Shown piece after piece: positions 7,003 to 15,078 of a stretch of 58,301 bases of DNA (position 1 is its first letter; each line of letters begins with the position of its first letter). Under the pieces are notes generated by a model, which did no database searches, was not told where the DNA came from, and saw only the letters and a list, made by a program, of their open reading frames with translations. The position numbers were made by a program, and so were the translations under genes. The stretch comes from a virus (lineage: Duplodnaviria > Caudoviricetes), in the IMG/VR virus record IMGVR_UViG_3300032244_000142, positions 1 to 58,301 of that record, one strand, 5' to 3'.

Positions 7003-7548
7003 ATGGCTAAAGTTAAAGCACCCCGTACTTGCGAACGTCTAATCATCCTTATGGCTAAATGTGGTGACGGTTGGGTTTGTAGTCCAAATCAGATTGAAAC
7101 AGATTTGCAATATGATTGCATGTATCGGATTTCGACAGAACTCTGGCGAGCAAAGAAGCGTGGTGCGATAATCAAAACACACCGAGATGGTCGTAATGTT
7201 GTTGGTTACGAATTAATGAATGTTCAAGAAATGCGTGAATGGATTGCTGCTAAAGGATTTGATGCAGAAACATTTACGAAAGTAGAATCTAATCCGAAGT
7301 CAGTTCAGCCCAAAGTGCCTAAAGCTGTTACTCCCAAAGCACCGAAGGTTGCGAAAGCACCCAAAGTTGCTAAAGTGAAACCAGCTAAGGTTGTAGAGAT
7401 TCCTCAGTTTGAAGAGGATTCGCTCGAAACAGCAATGTCGAACATGGTTAGCGTAAGCGGACCAATCGATATTTTGGATGAAATTGACACGGACGTAACT
7501 GACTATGAAGATCGTCAGTACGCAGAAGATTATGTTGCTACGACGTAA
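7003..7548 (+). CDS. putative DNA-binding protein (HTH-like N-terminus, Pro/Lys/Ala-rich linker, acidic tail)
   Basis: PKVPKAVTPKAPKVAKAPKVAKVKPAK repeats; very acidic C-terminus. Confidence 0.6.
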   Translation: MAKVKAPRTCERLIILMAKCGDGWVCSPNQIETDLQYDCMYRISTELWRAKKRGAIIKTHRDGRNVVGYELMNVQEMREWIAAKGFDAETFTKVESNPKSVQPKVPKAVTPKAPKVAKAPKVAKVKPAKVVEIPQFEEDSLETAMSNMVSVSGPIDILDEIDTDVTDYEDRQYAEDYVATT

Positions 7549-7705
7549 AGAAGACACGATACCATTAGTTGAAAGCCTAATACTAACTGCTTGGGATCTC
7601 GGTTTAACTGGCAATGAAGTTATTGATTACATCATTGCCGCTACCGAATTGACCGAAGAGGTTATTCGCCCAATAGTCGCGAAATTTATTGATGACAACT
7701 ATTGA
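7532..7705 (+). CDS. small hypothetical protein
   Basis: ORF that ends just before a terminator. Confidence 0.5.
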   Translation: MLLRRKEDTIPLVESLILTAWDLGLTGNEVIDYIIAATELTEEVIRPIVAKFIDDNY

Positions 7706-7713
7706 TGAGACAC

Positions 7714-7737
7714 AGTGGCGATCTATTCGCCACTTTT
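7714..7737 (+). terminator. intrinsic terminator
   Basis: AGTGGCGA-TCTAT-TCGCCACT followed by TTT. Confidence 0.65.
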
Positions 7738-7758
7738 CATTTGTAAGAGGAAAACAAA

Positions 7759-8289
7759 ATTAATATCTTTTACTTAGATAAAGACACGGTGAATTGCGCT
7801 AGAATGCATCTAGACAAGCATGTAGTTAAGATGATTCTTGAATATGGACAATTGTTATCAACAGCGCATCGTACACTAGATGGCATTGACAATGTGCTTG
7901 CTGATCCGCTGCATGATTCAATCATGTATAAAGCAACCCACAAGAATCATCCATCCGCTATATGGGCAAGAAAGTCTAAAGAGAATTATATTTGGTTAAG
8001 TAATCTTCTAATTGATCTATGCGAAGAGTATACTTATCGATATGAGAAGGTGCATAAAGTAGAACGTACAGGTTTATGCTTTGTTCTATACAAGAATGTG
8101 CCTAAGAATATTGGTACAGAAGGTTGGTCTGAGCCAACTCCTGCAATGCCAGATATATACAAAGTGAACGGAGACGCAATTATATCCTACAAAAAATACT
8201 ATATACATGAAAAGGCGCGCATTGCAAGATGGACTAAACGTCCTGCGCCAAATTGGTTTACGCAAGGAATTAATAATGCCAACTTATAA
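7759..8289 (+). CDS. DenV-like / pyrimidine-dimer DNA glycosylase-related protein; probable ATT start
   Basis: (M)NIFYLDKD..CA.MH.DKHVVKMILEY.QLLSTAH, YKATHKNHPS; the family N-terminus begins at the in-frame ATT after SD GAGG. Confidence 0.7.
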   Translation: MNIFYLDKDTVNCARMHLDKHVVKMILEYGQLLSTAHRTLDGIDNVLADPLHDSIMYKATHKNHPSAIWARKSKENYIWLSNLLIDLCEEYTYRYEKVHKVERTGLCFVLYKNVPKNIGTEGWSEPTPAMPDIYKVNGDAIISYKKYYIHEKARIARWTKRPAPNWFTQGINNANL

Positions 8290-8512
8290 TTTTAGAAATA
8301 AAGAATCTGGAGAGATAATCGAAAGAATCTTTAAAATGAGTGAGAAAGATGATTTTCTAAAAGAGAATCCTCAATTCGAATCTGTTATGTTAAGCCCTCC
8401 AGCATTAGGTGATCCAATCCGATTGGGAGTTCGTAAACCAGACAACGGATTTAGAGAAGTTCTAGCTAAAGCTAAAGCTGCACATCCTAAGGGGAATGTA
8501 AATACATTCTAA
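8276..8512 (+). CDS. FmdB-like small regulatory protein of T4-like phages
   Basis: MPTYNF.N..SGE..., KPDNGFREVL motifs; lies upstream of phoH as in related phages. Confidence 0.7.
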   Translation: MPTYNFRNKESGEIIERIFKMSEKDDFLKENPQFESVMLSPPALGDPIRLGVRKPDNGFREVLAKAKAAHPKGNVNTF

Positions 8513-8552
8513 TGTTGGAGCCCTTCATTACAATACTAGAAAGAGGTCTTCG

Positions 8553-9350
8553 ATGGCTAGAAAACCGTCTGTACCAAAAATTCCGCAATCAGATGAATTG
8601 GAAATTTCTGGGCCACAAACAACTAAAGCACCAAGACAAGTTAATAACACATTGAAGTTAAAACTTGATGATGCAAAGAAGTTTGAGCCACTAACAGAGA
8701 ATCAAAAACTATTCTTTGATGCATATGATAGAGGTGATTATTTCGTAGCATTGCATGGTGTTGCTGGAACAGGAAAGACATTCATTGCAATGTATAAATC
8801 ATTGATGGAAGTTCTTGACAAGAACAATCCATTTGATAAAATCATTGTCGTTCGTTCCGCTGTTCAATCAAGAGAGATTGGTCATTTGCCTGGCGATGTT
8901 ACCGAAAAGATGGAAATCTATCAGCAACCATATCAACAGATTTGCCAAACAATCTTTGGACGTAAAGACGCATGGGCTAGACTTTCAGAGCAAGGTTATG
9001 TAGAATTCATTTCTACTTCATTCATTCGCGGTATGTCATTTGATGATGCTATCATTATCGTTGACGAAATGCAGAACTGCAACTATTCAGAATTACAGAC
9101 TGTAATTACTCGCGTTGGTTATAGGTCTAAGATTATTTTTTGTGGAGATTATCGTCAGACAGATTTATTAAAAAATAAAAATGATATTTCTGGAGTTAAA
9201 AAATTTCTTGAAATTGCTTCTAGAATGAAATGTCATACAAGAATAGAATTTACTATTGATGATATTGTTCGTTCAAGTTTGGTTAGAGATTGGATTATTG
9301 CAGAAACACAATTTAACGATGATGAATATGAAAAATCTCACCTAAAGTGA
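8553..9350 (+). CDS. phoH: PhoH-like ATPase
   Basis: GVAGTGKT Walker A, IGHLPG, FIRGMSFD, IVDEMQN, GDYRQTDL, DIVRS. Confidence 0.95.
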   Translation: MARKPSVPKIPQSDELEISGPQTTKAPRQVNNTLKLKLDDAKKFEPLTENQKLFFDAYDRGDYFVALHGVAGTGKTFIAMYKSLMEVLDKNNPFDKIIVVRSAVQSREIGHLPGDVTEKMEIYQQPYQQICQTIFGRKDAWARLSEQGYVEFISTSFIRGMSFDDAIIIVDEMQNCNYSELQTVITRVGYRSKIIFCGDYRQTDLLKNKNDISGVKKFLEIASRMKCHTRIEFTIDDIVRSSLVRDWIIAETQFNDDEYEKSHLK

Positions 9351-9357
9351 AATTTTG

Positions 9358-9365
9358 TATAAATA
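9358..9365 (+). promoter_or_regulatory. T4-type late promoter (gp55)
   Basis: TATAAATA upstream of the homing endonuclease. Confidence 0.75.
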
Positions 9366-9396
9366 GAATATAATATGACTCTTACGGAGATAGTAT

Positions 9397-10122
9397 ATGT
9401 TCTATACAATATATCAGACAACAAATTTAATTAATGGCAAAATGTATATTGGAAAACATCAAACCGAAGATCTAAATGACAAATATCTTGGATCTGGTTT
9501 AATGTTGCTTAATGCAATTAAAAAATATGGCGATGAAAATTTTATTAAAGAAATTCTCTTCATTTTTGATAATGAGGAAGAAATGAATTTAAAAGAAGCA
9601 GAATTAATTACTTCTGATGTAGTTCTTAGTGATGATTATTATAATATTGCGATGGGAGGTTATGGTGGTGCTATAGTATTAAAAAAAGATAATCCATTAT
9701 ACGAATCGACTTGTAAAAAAATATCAGATTCAGCAAAATCTAGATCATTAGAAATGAGTAAAATTGTCAAAGAATTACATAAAGATAAAAAAGTGGGAAT
9801 GTATGGAAAAAAACAAAGTGATAATCAAAAAATTTCTGTTAGTGAGGCATTAAAAGGTAAAAAACAATCAGAAGAACATGTGAGAAATCATCGTGAATCT
9901 ATGATGAAAACTTTTAATGATCCTAATTATGTTCATCCGAATACCGGAAAAATAAAAACACCAGAACAAATAGAAAAAATGAAAGAGATTAGTAAAAATA
10001 GACCAAAGAAAACGTGTCCCCATTGCGACATTCAAATGGACGAAAGAAATTATGCTAGATATCATGGGCACAAATGCAAAATGAATCAAAAACTACAATA
10101 CGAAGACACAATACAAAATTAA
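9397..10122 (+). mobile_element. free-standing GIY-YIG (Seg-like) homing endonuclease with NUMOD3-like repeats
   Basis: YTIYQTTNLINGKMYIGKH, YLGSG, YYNIAMGGYGG; MYGKKQS/LKGKKQSEEH repeats; C-terminal CPHC; more AT-rich than the flanks. Confidence 0.88.
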
Positions 10123-10135
10123 TGGATTATGCAAA

Positions 10136-10804
10136 GTGAAATTTAATCATGTGCCATGTGCAATTGACTATGATTTAGAAACTGAAACCGTAAATGGTAA
10201 AAGATTCTATAAAACTCCCGACGGGCAATTATATCCGTCGGTGACCACAATTACATCACAGCACACCAAAGCAGATATTATTGCTTGGCGTAAAAGAGTT
10301 GGCGAAGAGGAAGCAAATCGAATATCTACTAAAGCCTCGAGTCGTGGAACAAGAGTGCATAAAATCTGTGAAGACTATCTGAATAACTCAGAAAAGTATG
10401 CAGAGAAAGCAATTCCAGATTCGTTTGTAATGTTCAAATCATTGCAGCCACTCATGGATGAGCATATCAATAACATCCATGCGATTGAGATTCCTCTGTA
10501 TTCACATCATTTGAGAGTCGCTGGTCGTGTTGATTGCATTGCAGAGTATGACAATAAACTTTCAATCATTGATTTTAAAACATCTTCTAAACAAAAGAAA
10601 GAAGCTAATATTAAAAACTACTTCATGCAATGCTCTGCTTATGCAGTCATGTATGAAGAACGTACTGGAATTCCAGTTACTCAATTAGTTATTATGATTG
10701 CAGTTGATTCAGATCATCCGCAAGTTTTTATTAAAAAGCGTGATGACTATATTAAAGATTTTATTTCTTACCGTGAAGCATATGATGGAGTTTTATATGA
10801 GTAA
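10136..10804 (+). CDS. Cas4/RecB-like PD-(D/E)XK exonuclease of T4-like phages
   Basis: YPSVTT, RGTRVH, AGRVDCIAEY, IIDFKTS, QCSAYA. Confidence 0.88.
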   Translation: MKFNHVPCAIDYDLETETVNGKRFYKTPDGQLYPSVTTITSQHTKADIIAWRKRVGEEEANRISTKASSRGTRVHKICEDYLNNSEKYAEKAIPDSFVMFKSLQPLMDEHINNIHAIEIPLYSHHLRVAGRVDCIAEYDNKLSIIDFKTSSKQKKEANIKNYFMQCSAYAVMYEERTGIPVTQLVIMIAVDSDHPQVFIKKRDDYIKDFISYREAYDGVLYE

Positions 10805-11153
10805 AATGTATGATGATGTTCGTATTTTTATTAATGCTTGTGATCAAGAAAAGACTAAAGCAAATGCAAGTCTATATCGAAATCTAATTGTTGAAGAGTT
10901 TAATGAATTCATTCAAGCAAACAATAAAGATGATGAAGTAGAAAAACTTGATGCGTGTATGGATATGATTTGGGTTATTCTTGGCTATTGCGTTATGAAA
11001 GGATATGATGTTAATGGCGCATGGTATGAAGTTGCAAGAAGTAATTATGATAAAATAGATAAAGACACAGGAAAAGTTCGCAAACGTGAGGATGGCAAAG
11101 TGCTAAAGCCAGAAGGATGGAGACCACCAAATCTTGCACCATTTGTAAAATAA
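10797..11153 (+). CDS. MazG-like / PRA-PH nucleotide pyrophosphohydrolase
   Basis: LIVEEFNE, EKLDACMD, EVARSNYDK, REDGKVLKPEGW. Confidence 0.85.
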   Translation: MSKMYDDVRIFINACDQEKTKANASLYRNLIVEEFNEFIQANNKDDEVEKLDACMDMIWVILGYCVMKGYDVNGAWYEVARSNYDKIDKDTGKVRKREDGKVLKPEGWRPPNLAPFVK

Positions 11154-11169
11154 TGATATACTAAATATT

Positions 11170-11478
11170 CTGAATGGTAGTAAACTGATTTTTAGAAAGG
11201 TATTTCGGACGTGGGTGCGAATCCCACCAAGTCCACCAGAAGTGTATTGTCTACTGGTGAATGAGATAACAATGCTCACAATAAAAGTTCCAAACAGTAT
11301 GCTTCTGATGGGCTTGACTAGATTCGACGGAGTAATAAGTACATTGATTGGCTACTCGACATATCAGTCGTTAAAAATAAATCAAGTAAACGCAAATGAT
11401 AGCGAATACAGATTAGCAGCCTAAACACTGCTTAGGGTTTCGGTGGGTTTCCTCGTAACAGAATAACCTACCATTTTC
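11170..11478 (+). ncRNA. ssrA: circularly permuted (two-piece) tmRNA; tag ANDSEYRLAA
   Basis: 3' acceptor piece ends GTGGG-TGCGAAT-CCCAC-CAAGTCC-A-CCA (11238); self-pairing intervening segment 11239-11309; 5' piece starts GGGCTTG..GATTCGAC (11310), giving G3:U70; resume codon GCA at 11392, stop ends 11424. Outer ends are approximate. Confidence 0.93.
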
Positions 11479-11498
11479 AAAACTCGACAAGGAAGTAG

Positions 11499-11990
11499 AT
11501 GTTACTAAAGACTATAAAAGTCTTACTAGGATCTTTTTTATTTTTTGGTTTAATGATATCAGTAGATAGTGGAATTATAGAGAGCAAATATCAGTTGACA
11601 ACTCCTAGTACAGAACAGCAAATCAATTGTTTAGCACAAAACATATATTACGAAGCAGCAACAGAATCCTTTGAGGGTAAACTTGCAGTCGCGCAAGTCA
11701 CTATTAATAGAGTTAAATCTGGTAAGTTTGGTAATACTGTTTGCAAAACAGTCTATCAAAAAGTTAACAAAACATGCCAATTCTCTTGGGTGTGTGAAAA
11801 GAAGAGTCGGCTTATGAGATATGATTCACAAGAATTTATCGCATCTAAAGAAGCTGCGTATAGAATTCTTGTTGGTGGGCATAGAATAAAGAAGCTAGAC
11901 AATGCTCTTTATTATCATGCCAATTATGTAAATCCTAGATGGAATAAGAAAGTGCTTGCCAAAATAGGCAAACACATTTTCTATGCTTGA
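11499..11990 (+). CDS. SleB-like cell wall hydrolase (Hydrolase_2)
   Basis: CLAQNIYYEA, AVAQVTINRV, CQFSW, ALYYHANYVNPRW, IGKHIFY; N-terminal signal/anchor. Confidence 0.9.
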   Translation: MLLKTIKVLLGSFLFFGLMISVDSGIIESKYQLTTPSTEQQINCLAQNIYYEAATESFEGKLAVAQVTINRVKSGKFGNTVCKTVYQKVNKTCQFSWVCEKKSRLMRYDSQEFIASKEAAYRILVGGHRIKKLDNALYYHANYVNPRWNKKVLAKIGKHIFYA

Positions 11991-12268
11991 TCTTTATTGT
12001 TGATATGTTTTTCAGCTTCAGCTCTTTCAATTTCAATCGTTTTACCACGAAGCTGAAGAACAGTATCGACTTTTTCATTGAGTCTAATTAAATCATTATC
12101 AAGTTTTCTTATTCTATCAATGAGATCAATTAGTGATTTGTTTGCACTAGTAACTACTGGTTTGACTTCTAGCGTCACCCAAATCCATGTATAGTGAACA
12201 AAGTATCCTAGACCAAACGCTGCAATGATAGGAAAACCATATTTGTTGATTAGTTCAACGATTTGCAT
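11981..12268 (-). CDS. single-TM coiled-coil protein (YvrJ/holin-like 'GFPI' family)
   Basis: LINKYGFPIIAAFGLGYFV TM followed by a coiled coil. Confidence 0.7.
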   Translation of the reverse strand: MQIVELINKYGFPIIAAFGLGYFVHYTWIWVTLEVKPVVTSANKSLIDLIDRIRKLDNDLIRLNEKVDTVLQLRGKTIEIERAEAEKHINNKDQA

Positions 12269-12999
12269 TACTCTGCCTTAGGAGTTGCTTTTCTTCGACG
12301 CACAACGGGTTTCTTCACAATCTTTTGTCCATGCTGAATAAAGATCATTAACATCAGGAGAGATCCATTAATCACCGTGATAAGAATCCATGCAATCGTC
12401 ATTGATTTCTTATATGCAGAATTGAGTCTTGTGTGGACTGTATTGTAGAATTCGTTAGCAGTGTCCATCACGAGGAATTTATGTTTTTGGTATTCATCAC
12501 CAAACATAGCGATCTCTGCCTGTACTGCAAGAATGCCTAGTTTCTCTGCATTCTTTTCGGGTTCTTTTTCTGATTTATATTCTTCGATATTCTTAAATGC
12601 TTTGATCTCAAGTTTAGCGAGTTCATTAGATAGATGTTCTGACTTTAGAATTAGATCTAGTTCTGCCTGTTCAAATCCAACTTCTTTGACTTTATCTTTA
12701 AAAGATTTTTTAACGCCTTCATCGTTTGGTATTTCACCAGACCGAACGAGAAGAACTTTTTCGAATTCGCTTTTCCATTTATCGTTTTTAGTAGTGACGT
12801 AGTATCGTGCATATGCAGTAAGATCATCAGAACTCTTAGACATTTCTTTTGCAACTTTTCGTGCATTATCTAGTTGAGTGAGTTGAGATTCTGCATTTTT
12901 GAATACAGAGAGAAGTGCAAGAGAAGAAGCAAATATTAGACCACCAAGAATAAATGGTAGTTTTTTGTATTCAAAGATTTTGTTAAGAAATGCATTCAT
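12268..12999 (-). CDS. 2-TM protein with an MCP/histidine-kinase-like periplasmic helical sensor domain and no cytoplasmic output domain
   Basis: TM1 at ~aa15-33; SSDDLTAYARYYVTT..W..F..VL.VRSG; ELDLILKSEHLSNELAKLE; MFGDEYQKHK..M; TM2; short basic tail. Confidence 0.65.
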   Translation of the reverse strand: MNAFLNKIFEYKKLPFILGGLIFASSLALLSVFKNAESQLTQLDNARKVAKEMSKSSDDLTAYARYYVTTKNDKWKSEFEKVLLVRSGEIPNDEGVKKSFKDKVKEVGFEQAELDLILKSEHLSNELAKLEIKAFKNIEEYKSEKEPEKNAEKLGILAVQAEIAMFGDEYQKHKFLVMDTANEFYNTVHTRLNSAYKKSMTIAWILITVINGSLLMLMIFIQHGQKIVKKPVVRRRKATPKAE

Positions 13000-13175
13000 G
13001 TTAAAGCCTTCATGATTGCTGAAAAGACTTGTTTAATTTCAGCTTGATAATTAGTGAGGAGGATAAGAAGAATGCCCACGCCAGCAGTGTGTGCTTTCTT
13101 GTCTGAAGGTGCTTCGACTGGCTTAGACGCAGGCGCCTGTTTTCGATGGTGTGTTTGCCTATTAGTATTTGGCAT
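12996..13175 (-). CDS. small protein with a hydrophobic segment (59 aa; not in the ORF track)
   Basis: SD AGGA; MPNTNRQTHHRKQAPASKPVEAPSDKKAHTAGVGILLILLTNYQAEIKQVFSAIMKALT; TGA overlaps the ATG of the next gene. Confidence 0.65.
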   Translation of the reverse strand: MPNTNRQTHHRKQAPASKPVEAPSDKKAHTAGVGILLILLTNYQAEIKQVFSAIMKALT

Positions 13176-13187
13176 TGGTTATTGATC

Positions 13188-13472
13188 CTAGTCTTTTCTA
13201 AGGTCACTATAATGGGCCCTCGCAATTCTACCAAAGTTAGGTTGTAATCCTAAAGCATGAGATATCTTAATGTCAATTCTTTCTACTTCGGAATTCATTA
13301 TGTCGATTCGTTTATCCAAACTTTTTGTAATCTCCTCTAATGACTTGATAGAAGAGGTGACTCCAGCTAGAATGAATTTGAGACAGAGTAATACGAAATA
13401 ACCAGCAGCTATCGCTGCTGCGATTGGGAAGCCAACGTCTGCTACTATAGTTGTAATGTCGGTAAATTCCAT
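13188..13472 (-). CDS. single-TM coiled-coil protein ('GFPI' family, paralogue of 11981-12268)
   Basis: SD GGAG, ATG at 13472; IVADVGFPIAAAIAAGYFV TM followed by a coiled coil. Confidence 0.7.
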   Translation of the reverse strand: MEFTDITTIVADVGFPIAAAIAAGYFVLLCLKFILAGVTSSIKSLEEITKSLDKRIDIMNSEVERIDIKISHALGLQPNFGRIARAHYSDLRKD

Positions 13473-13509
13473 ATTTTCTCCGTTTTTATTATTTATTGTT
13501 TGAGAAAAT

Positions 13510-13538
13510 TTGCTAGATATATAGTTGTATGTTAGAAT
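13510..13538 (+). promoter_or_regulatory. sigma70-type promoter of the sugar operon
   Basis: TTGCTA-N17-TAGAAT with extended -10 TG. Confidence 0.55.
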
Positions 13539-13565
13539 AATGTTTTTCTTTAGAGGTGAAAAATT

Positions 13566-14606
13566 ATGAGTAAAGTTGCATTGATTACTGGTATTACTGG
13601 TCAAGACGGAAGTTATCTCGCAGAACTTCTACTTGATAAGGGATACGAGGTTCATGGAATTGTTAGACGTTCAAGTACAGGAATCAATGTCGGCAACATT
13701 GAATCCATTCAACATAGACTTAAACTTCATTATGGCGATTTGACAGATTCTGCAAATCTAGAGTCTATTGTTTTTAAAGTGAAGCCAGATGAGGTTTATA
13801 ATCTCGGCGCACAAAGCCACGTTAGCGTAAGCTATGATTGCCCAACATACACTGGTGACGCAAACGCAATCGGTGTTTTAAAATTGCTTGAAGCTGTTAA
13901 GACTCTCTCAAAAGAGAAACAAGTAAAATTTTATCAAGCATCAACAAGTGAATTGTATGGCAAAGTAAAAGAGACTCCACAAACTGAAGCCACGCCATTC
14001 TATCCACGTTCACCATATGCTGTTGCTAAACTCTACGGCTATTGGATTGTTGTAAACTATCGCGAAAGTTTCAATCTCTTCGCATGTAATGGAATTTTAT
14101 TCAATCACGAAAGTCCAAGACGTGGACCAGAGTTTGTTACTCGAAAGATCGTTCAAGGAATGATTCGTACCCATTTAGGCTTGCAACCAATTCTTCAATT
14201 GGGCAATCTAAATGCTCGCCGTGATTGGGGTCACGCTAAAGATTATGTCCGCGCAATGTGGGCAATGCTACAACAAGACAAGCCAGATGATTATGTTATC
14301 TCCAGCGATGAAGAGCATTCAGTTCGCGATTTTTGTGAAGATGTTGCAGAGTACCTCGGATTCAAAATTGAATGGCGTGGCGAAGGTTTGAATGAGATCG
14401 GTATCAATGTTTCTACTGGTCAGAAAATTATTGAAGTCAATAAAGAGTTCTATCGTCCAGCAGAAGTGCCAACGATTTTCGGCGATTGCAGTAAAGCTAA
14501 GAAAGTGTTAGACTGGAAGCCAGAGTACACGTTCAAAGACTTGGTATTCGAAATGTGTGAAAGTGAAATGGAGAAACAAAAAAATGCAAATCTACGAAAG
14601 TCCTGA
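13566..14606 (+). CDS. gmd: GDP-mannose 4,6-dehydratase
   Basis: [69 protein letters not shown]. Confidence 0.97.
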   Translation: MSKVALITGITGQDGSYLAELLLDKGYEVHGIVRRSSTGINVGNIESIQHRLKLHYGDLTDSANLESIVFKVKPDEVYNLGAQSHVSVSYDCPTYTGDANAIGVLKLLEAVKTLSKEKQVKFYQASTSELYGKVKETPQTEATPFYPRSPYAVAKLYGYWIVVNYRESFNLFACNGILFNHESPRRGPEFVTRKIVQGMIRTHLGLQPILQLGNLNARRDWGHAKDYVRAMWAMLQQDKPDDYVISSDEEHSVRDFCEDVAEYLGFKIEWRGEGLNEIGINVSTGQKIIEVNKEFYRPAEVPTIFGDCSKAKKVLDWKPEYTFKDLVFEMCESEMEKQKNANLRKS

Positions 14607-15078
14607 TAAAGGTAAAACAGTTTACAAAAGAGAATTTGGTTCGTTGGAAAAAACTCTAATCAAATCTCCGCCTGCTGGAGCTGTGTATATTCCTGGAAGC
14701 ATTGGCGATTTGTTTGATCGAATTACGATTCTTCAAATCAAAATGCTTGAAATCAAAGATGAAGCGAAACTTGTCAATATTGATAAAGAACATCGTCTTT
14801 TAATTTCCCTAGATACATACAAGCAAACGAAAGATACTGTTAATAAACTTTTCAATGAACTGTTTGTTGTCAATTACAAAATCTGGAATCTTGAAGATGA
14901 TATTCGTGATCTGATTGCTGCACAATCTTATGGCGAACACTTTATCAATGTCGCTAAGTTGATTCCAAAAACTAATGATGAACGTGCAAGAATTAAGAAA
15001 GAAATTAATTTACTTTGCAATTCTGAATTGATTGAAGAAAAGTCTTACCATGGAGAAACTAATGAAAAAACTACTTGA
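14584..15078 (+). CDS. DUF6165-like helical protein with an N-terminal YESPD extension
   Basis: [15 protein letters not shown]...[10 protein letters not shown]...[12 protein letters not shown]...SELIEEKSY. Confidence 0.65.
   Translation: MQIYESPDKGKTVYKREFGSLEKTLIKSPPAGAVYIPGSIGDLFDRITILQIKMLEIKDEAKLVNIDKEHRLLISLDTYKQTKDTVNKLFNELFVVNYKIWNLEDDIRDLIAAQSYGEHFINVAKLIPKTNDERARIKKEINLLCNSELIEEKSYHGETNEKTT

Noticed and set aside
8553-10135. Group I intron housing the GIY-YIG gene
   Set aside because: phoH and the exonuclease are intact on either side, and the flanking spacers (46 and 13 nt) are too short for a ribozyme core
10136-10804. Cas4-like nuclease as a sign of a CRISPR system
   Set aside because: No repeat-spacer array or other cas genes are seen; this exonuclease is a common stand-alone gene of T4-like phages
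11215-11424. 69-aa ORF ending in ANDSEYRLAA
   Set aside because: It is the tmRNA tag frame extended through the acceptor end and intervening segment, not a protein gene
13010-13234. Track ORF of 74 aa on the minus strand
   Set aside because: Another frame (13175-12996) has an SD, an ATG and a stop/start overlap with the next gene, so it fits the operon better
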